A stretch of 64,000 nucleotides of DNA from Camelus ferus (Eukaryota), in contig NC_045696.1 in the NCBI RefSeq assembly GCF_009834535.1, positions 73,472,001 to 73,536,000 of the forward strand, read 5' to 3'. The first letter of the stretch is position 1. The number at the start of each line of letters is the position of its first letter. The notes beneath the pieces are model-generated. The model saw only the letters and a program-made list of their open reading frames with translations. It had not been told where the DNA came from and ran no database searches. Below, piece by piece: positions 57,200 to 64,000 of the stretch. Position numbers and translations under genes: made by a program.

Positions 57200-58130
57200 C
57201 TGTTTCACCAAGTGATATCATCATGCCTTGAGGCTTAAAATCATAAAATCACCTTTTATTCTCCATTATCTTGACTTTAGCAGCTATCATATGTTTATCT
57301 CTAAAAATGTTTCTCCTGTCTTTTGTCCTCAATTCCTCAACTTCTAATCGATCTTCAGTCCATAACAGTTCTAATTTTGCCCCTACTGCTTCAGTGAAAT
57401 TGTTCCTGTTAACATCACTAATATCCTCCATGTTGAAAAACCCAACAGAATCATTTCAGGACTCCTGTTAACCTATTCCTTTGATAACATCTCTCTCTCT
57501 TTCCTTCTTGAAAGTCTACTCCCTTGATTTCTGCTTTCCTCCACATACATATCCCATACATTTTGCTCCCTCCTGTGTGATCTCTTATCATTTGGTATGT
57601 CCCTCTATTGTAGAACTTATTCACAACATACATTTGGCTGGGAGCTCCTTGAGATTAAAGGTTCCATGTCTGCCTAACACATAGTAAGCACTAAGTAAAC
57701 ATCCATTGAGTTAATGAGTGAGTTAATTCTCTTTCATTTCATTCCTATTGTCACTATTCTGAATGAGTCTCTGGTTCCCTCTCACCTGGTCTATTTCACA
57801 AATTTCTTAACCAGCTTCCTCACTTGCAATCTGCTCCAAACATTTCCAGGTACACCTGCGAAGTCCATTTTCCTAACGTAGATCTGTGGACCATGTCCTT
57901 ATCTTATTTTAAAACTTTCCAATTGCTCATAGAACTGAACCAAACCTATGAACTTGAAATTCAAAGCCCCCATGATAAAAGTCCATCCATGATGTTTTAA
58001 GAGTATTGTATAATAACCCAAAACCCAACATGGCCTTTCACGTTCTTTGTGCTTCGGTTCCCAAACTCCTCTGTTGTAATCTTTCATTCTTTCAAGGTCT
58101 ACTTCCTCCACAGTAACTTTCCTGATCCCA
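57200..58130 (+). mobile_element. L2 LINE fragments
   Basis: CTGCCTAACACATAGTAAGCACTAAGTAAAC..TTGAGTTAATGAGTG tail; CTCTCACCTGGTCTATTTCAC...CTTAACCAGCTTCC. Confidence 0.6.
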
Positions 58131-58149
58131 CATGGGTAAATAACTTTTT

Positions 58150-58573
58150 AAAAATTTTATCTTTTATTGAAGTGTAGTTGATTTACAATGTTAGTTTCAG
58201 GTGTACAGCAAAGCGATTTAGTTATACACATACATACATATACACATTTTTTTCAGATTCTTTTCCATTATATGTTATTATAAGACATTGAATATAGTTC
58301 CTTGTGCTATAAAGTAGGTCCCTGCTGTTTATCTGTTTTATATAGTAATGTGTATCTGTTAATCCCAAACCCTTAATTTAGTCCTCCCTGACTTTTTCCC
58401 TTTGGTAACCCTAGTTTGTTTTCTATGTATATGAGTCTATTTTTCATTTGTAAACAAAATTTGTATCATTCTCTTAGATTCCACATATAAGTGATATCAT
58501 ATATTTTTGTCTTTCTCTGTCTGACTTCACTTAATATGATAATCTTTAGGTCCATCCATGTTGCTGCCAATGG
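58150..58573 (-). mobile_element. 5'-truncated LINE-1 3' end, part of a chimera with 7SK
   Basis: TTTTATTGAAGTGTAGTTGATTTACAATGTTAGTTTCAGGTGTACAGCAAAG...TAGATTCCACATATAAGTGATATCAT...GGTCCATCCATGTTGCTGCCAATGG. Confidence 0.95.
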
Positions 58574-58650
58574 AGGAGGACTGTTCTTTGGTCAAGGGTA
58601 TATGAGTAGCCGTGTTTCACTGCTAGAACCTCCAAACAAGCTCTCAAGGT
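58573..58650 (+). pseudogene. RN7SK: 7SK snRNA internal fragment (retroposed, non-functional)
   Basis: GAGGAGGACTGTTCTTTGGTCAAGGGTATATGAGTAGCCGTGTTTCACTGCTAGAACCTCCAAACAAGCTCTCAAGGT matches the recalled 7SK segment GAGGAGGACCGGTCTTCGGTCAAGGGTATACGAGTAGCTGCGCTCCCCTGCTAGAACCTCCAAACAAGCTCTCAAGGT; several differences are at CpG sites. Confidence 0.93.
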
Positions 58651-61600
58651 GAATAATTTTTTATCTTTGACATTTTAATCTGCATAGCACTGTTTATACC
58701 ACTTTGCTGAGCCATTAATATTTCCAGGCTATTATTATCATTAGTGATTGGCCCTATTGTGTGACCTAGTTTGCAAACACTCTATTCTACTTCATAATAC
58801 ATTTTCAATGAACATTCAGTGAATTGATATTTGTTTAACTGTTTCATATGTATTAAAATACTTTGCATTTAATTATCTTCCATCTAAAAAAGCTCCCCCT
58901 TAATGCCCAAGTTCCACTCCAGCTTTAACCCTAGCCCTTTCTTCCCTTCCCCAGGGAAGCTACCCAAAATGATTGTCCAGAGATGAAGTCTCCTCTCTCA
59001 TACTTCCCACTCTCTTCTCAGCCCACCACAGTCTGGCTTCCATGTCACCCCTCTAACCAAAATGCTCTCACAAAGTCAATCATAATCTCTTTGTTGCTAA
59101 ATACAGTGTGTCCTTCTTGGTCCTTAACTTACTTGACATTTCTGTTGAAAGATGGTCTTATGTTTTTGTCTGGAGCCCAGAACTCACCTGAGCTCCATAT
59201 TTACATATCCAGTTCTCCACTAGACCTCCTCACCTGAGTGTCAAATCCAGTAGCATGCTCAATGGATATTTGTTGAATGAACAATAGCTCCCAAGCTTTC
59301 TCTTCTTGGCCTAGATAAGTGATTCTTAACCTCTTTTATCCTATGCCCTCCTTTCTATCAATATGTAAAATCTATGCTCTTCCCCAGTACCAAACACTCT
59401 CCGATACAGCTGCCCACCTTTCACCCAGAAGTTTCTGCAGGCTGAAAATAACTCATCAGATCAACCAGATCATCAGACATGAGACCAAGATGATTCTGTG
59501 AAGCATTAGTTTCTGATGTTTAAATTATTAAAAACTAGTCTTTGTTGAATTTCTCAAATATAATTATACTATAATACTAAATATGTTCATAGGCTTTTTG
59601 AAACAATATACGGCAATCTCAAGATCCCACTGCCCCTAGGGTTTAGGGGTTACCCTTCCCCTCCTTCTTCCCAGTTGATAACCCCAGTGTTAGAAGCTCT
59701 CTAAGGCAGAGTGTAGCTCTAAAATTGTGTGACTGTAGGTTAGAAAGTCTTTAAACATTTTTGATCCTCTGGAATTTTCCCTTTCTCTCCCTCATCCTCT
59801 GTCCTCTACCCTCCCTTCATACTTCTAACCCTTTCCCCTTTCTTCTTTTCTCCCTGTTTTTTCTGTATTGATCATGGATTGTGCTATTCCTCTGAGCAGC
59901 TGAACATTTTTTCCCTGGAGGCCAGAAAAGTAACTTACCCATCTTGAAATTTTTTATAAAGAAATACAAGTGACCATCTCCTTGGCCATATCTAGAAGTC
60001 CAATAAAGAACAATTTTCCAAGTTGCTTTGGGGAAGTCATCCAAACAAAGTTGAGAAGAGGGTCTGCTATGCGTTTAAAGGGCCTTATTTCCAGATCTGG
60101 CTTCCCCAAAAAACAAGAGAAATCCTGATTTCATGCATAGCCCATAGCTGAATTCAGACTTTTTGCACAGCAGAAGCTGAGGGGAAGCCTTAACTTTCCT
60201 TCTGATCACGTCTTCATTTCTGTGTGTCCTGCTTGTCCCTATCTTTAACTGTTACGATGCTAAACTAAAGGATAAAGTACTTTGCCCTTGCTTCAGTTTA
60301 TGAAAAAAAAAATTGAAAACAGCTTTAGGGTGTTTCTTCACAGCACATTTTTGTCACTATACCCATGTACTTTTATCCCACTGAACTAGCATATATTTGT
60401 TAAGAGAATATCCTTCAAATGAAATGAATTTCACATGATTAAATCTCCTTGTATAACTGTCTTAGTGGGAGGATAAAAATTACAATCTTTCATATCGGTT
60501 TCAGAGCACTTAATAAGGAGTCTACAAACACCAAAAGGCATTTACTTTTAGCCTCTAATGCAGTCTTGAAGGACATACTCATTAGAGCTATGACAACATA
60601 GGCAGTTTTGGATGGCTGAAAGATTGGACATCCTCTCCTAAAAGAGCAACGCTGCTGACAATCAAGTTCAAGCTCCAAGAACCTTGTAACATCAACTGCT
60701 TAAGGCAAAAAGCAGAAGCAAAGAACTGAGTAACTTAAAAGAAAACCTATGCAGAAAATATACTGGTATGTAGGCAAAAGACTCGCTGAAAGCTTTCTAA
60801 ATTTGGGTTTTCAAAATGTTTTGTAAAATGTTTCTCAATTTTCACTCCATGCCCCAAATTCCAAACAAATTTTATGTGTTGAGCCATTATAGCTGATTCA
60901 GGTACTACTTTCTTCAAAATTTCTAAAAGGAGTACACAGAAGCTGATAAAAGCCCTCACATGCTTTAATGTATTATCACAAGTTTAAACCTTTGTGATGT
61001 TAAAGCCGCAGACAGTTTCAGCGTCAGTGGCCTCTTTCTAGGCATGAGCATTCTATTATCATGTAAGTAAACTTGGCATTGCTTATTTAATATGTAAATT
61101 AAGAATACAGTTTCCTATAGCAGTGTGCAATGGAATTTATGGAACATAACTGAAAAAGGAGACTCAAATTCATTTCTAGCATTATATCACTAGATAAGTT
61201 GTTTCTCCCTCCTTTATTTCATTTCTCATCCTTCACCGTTTCCTCAATCTTCAACCTTCAGTTCAAAGCCCCAGACAAATTAGCATATTCTGTTTTGCTA
61301 TAGGACCCTGGACTCATCTGCAGGGGGAGCTACAAGCAAAAGTGTATGAAATCCCTATTATGTCTATTGATGCAGACACTGTCTTCTTCATCCTCCTTGA
61401 AGCCCCACTGAAGAATATTCTTTCAGAACTAAATGCCTGACAAGCTAAGACACTGGTCTATTTTTTCCTAACGGAAAACGTAGAGTGGGATTTTTTTTTC
61501 AATTGTTATATAATTCTCACTAGTATTAAGTAGAGTAAGAACTGTTACCAGAAAGGCTTTTGGGAGTGTGCTAAGCAGAGCACTGGGCTTAGATATGCAG

Positions 61601-62054
61601 GTTTAGTTTTAGGAGGTGGGCAAAACCTAGTGCATCTGCATAATACAGGTGTGAGTAATTGAAATATGGCAAGAGAAAGGGGGATATAGGAATAGAAGAT
61701 ACAGCTAGAGAAGCTGCATAGCGTACGAGGGAAGGATCAAAGAGAAGAATCTCCAGTGTTGGCAAACTAAGAAGGCACTTCATAAACCAGAATGTTCGGT
61801 AGAGATGTTCAAGTGGTTTGATGTGGGATATGCAAAGTAAACTAGCCCTCTCTTCTCTTTCTCAGTGAAATCTGCATTGCTCACCCACTCTTCTGTGAAA
61901 GAGGATTCTATTAGAGAGTATAATGAAAAGCTGAGGTCCGTGGCTATGGGATGACCTTGGACAAAAACAGAAAGAGGTAATGCACGTGTCAGAGTCTGCA
62001 GGGACAGCTGACATCCGCGTTACCCCCAGGAAAGCCCAGGCTGTAAGAATCAGA

Positions 62055-62230
62055 GAGACCAGGGTTTAATCCACATAGTCACATGCTGCCTGTGTAACCA
62101 AAGGCTGGTCACTGAATCTCTCTGATCCTGTATTATCTCCACTACAAAATGAGGGTAATGACAGCAGGCTTTGGGGCTGTTGTGAGGATTAGGGTTAATA
62201 TGTACAAAATGCTCACTGTATGGAAGCTAC
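62055..62230 (+). mobile_element. MIR SINE
   Basis: CCAGGGTTTAATCC...CACTGAATCTCTCTGATCCTG...TACAAAATGAGGGTAATG...GCTGTTGTGAGGATTA. Confidence 0.7.
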
Positions 62231-63355
62231 CTTTTTGATGATTTTTTTTTCCCATTTTTGTTGGTGGTAGCTACTACAAACCCTGAGCCAAGTCTGTGAC
62301 CCTAAAAAAAAAAAAGTATATCTTTCATATGCATGTTATTCTTTTCTTTCCTGAGTCTAGATTAAATTGTACTTTCTTTATTTATAATTATGCAGTCATT
62401 ATTGATATCTATTTTGTTGTATTGCAACCTGCACCAAAGTGGTGTTATGTAAATAGAGATTTTCTGTCTATTATGCTCCCGGTTTCCCCATAGTGAATTT
62501 GAGGACACAATGAGAATTCATATGTTTTCTTTCACCTTAAATACTGTTGCTACCATGCTTATGATTTCATGGGATTGTTTGACCAATAATTGGAATGACC
62601 TTGGCATTCATTAAAATCTGTCCCATACCCTTTTGCCTCGTTCCCTTTGTCATCTAAAGTTGGCTCCCATCTAAAATTAGCAGTGAAGAATTGTCTGTGG
62701 AAACTCAGTCTTATCTTATTTGTTATTATGTCATCACCAACTAAGCTGAGCAGACCCAACCATCATATTCGTGCCAAAGAGTCTGAGCAGTCCATAGGAG
62801 GCAAGAAAAGAAACAAGCAACAGATAACGTTCCCATTTGACACCCGAGGTAAGCAAGGCCCAAAGATGCTGGTGATCAGCCCATATTCACTAACAAAACT
62901 GGAATTAAAACCAGGCCAACTCCTTTCCTGCATTAGGAAAGAGAATGCTACTACTTAACACACTCTGTTTAGTCAGGCAATCTATAGCTTGTCAGTACAT
63001 CAAATCATAGGCATATTTATTTGATCTTGCTGAAGACTATAAAAAAGCAATTTCAGATACAGCTTCTACTGGCAGAGTTGACGCAGGTGCCAGGGCCCCC
63101 ACCCTGGAAGGTTCAGGGCTTTATAGAATCATCTCCACCTTTGGCTTCCACTGCTAGTCCACGAAAACACTGAAACTTCAATACTATCACGGTAATGGAA
63201 AGGTAGCACCCAGCTCTTGGTGCAAAGCCCAGGGAAGTTTTAATTTTATATAAAGGAAAAGAAAACTTGAACATTAATTTCAGATGCTTGGGAGTCTAGC
63301 CAAATGGGTGCCCTTTTCCTTTCCTCTGAAAACTTCTGAAGACAAAACAAAGATC

Positions 63356-63567
63356 TGGATTTCTAAACTTTCCAGAAGTGGTTTTTTGTTTGTTTGCCAT
63401 TGTTTTTGTTCTGGCTCAGCAAAGAGTAAAGTGTATATAGCACATCAGTTGTTATATCCAGGTGGATTTCTAAACTTTCCAGAAGTGGTTTCTTGTTTGT
63501 TTGCCATTGTTTTTGTTCTGGCTCAGCAAAGAGTAAACTGTATAGCACATAGGTTGTTATATCCAGG
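63356..63567. repeat. Tandem duplication of a ~107-bp unique sequence
   Basis: Copy 1 63356-63462 and copy 2 63463-63567, both TGGATTTCTAAACTTTCCAGAAGTGG...GTTGTTATATCCAGG, with a few substitutions and a 2-bp indel. Confidence 0.95.
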
Positions 63568-64000
63568 AATAGAAGGCCTGTAAGCAAAAGATTGGAGAAG
63601 TTCTCCTTGCCCCAGTGGTTAGCTGGGAATATCTAGCTTTCCAGTTCCCCAAAATGAAAGTGCTTACTGAATAATGTTTATACCTATGTTTAGGGAAAGA
63701 GGAAACACTCCTCCACTAACAAGAGCTCTGGAGCCATCAATCCTTGATAAACCAAGCAAGCAGGAATATTGGCTGATTTTCCAGCCTAATTATCTATTTC
63801 TTAACAATTTTTTACAGAGATTCTTTACAACTACATCAAGACAAATTACCTCCAGTTCTTACCAGAAGTACTTAAAGATAACATAGAAATTTTGCAAAAT
63901 GCTTACAAGAGTGACTAGACATGAAATTAGCAAGCAAAAGACAAGGTATTACTGCTCAGGTGCTAATTTGGGTTAGCAATAAAATGACGATGTACCTAAA

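Noticed and set aside
58573..58650. Functional 7SK gene
   Set aside because: Only an internal ~78-nt piece, with no 5' or 3' hairpins and no recognisable Pol III promoter or terminator.

Overview
AT-rich mammalian genomic DNA, probably camelid: a tRNA-derived SINE at ~44.9 kb resembles Vic-1, and the L1 3' ends are Laurasiatherian-type. No intact protein-coding gene could be supported. The window looks intronic or intergenic and is dominated by retroelement and DNA-transposon fossils (L1, L2, MIR, CR1/L3, MLT, MER, Tigger). The most notable items are all retrotransposition products. (1) A full-length, TSD-flanked processed EF-1alpha pseudogene (17304-18843) whose residues, C-terminus (KVTKSAVKASKK*) and UTRs fit neither EEF1A1 nor EEF1A2, suggesting a third paralog resembling amphibian oocyte-type EF-1alpha. 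(2) An inverted 7SK RNA/L1 chimera inside a single TSD (58135-58661). (3) A ~110-bp TSD-flanked insertion made only of L1 5'-end-like sequence (40252-40391). (4) A 5'-inverted L1 inserted at the retrocopy's own TSD. (5) An unidentified polyA-tailed, mRNA-like fragment (~11.4-11.75 kb). Several isolated exon-like segments, mostly on the minus strand, may belong to an unidentified host transcript. All family names come from recognition of sequence, not database searches, and repeat boundaries are approximate.
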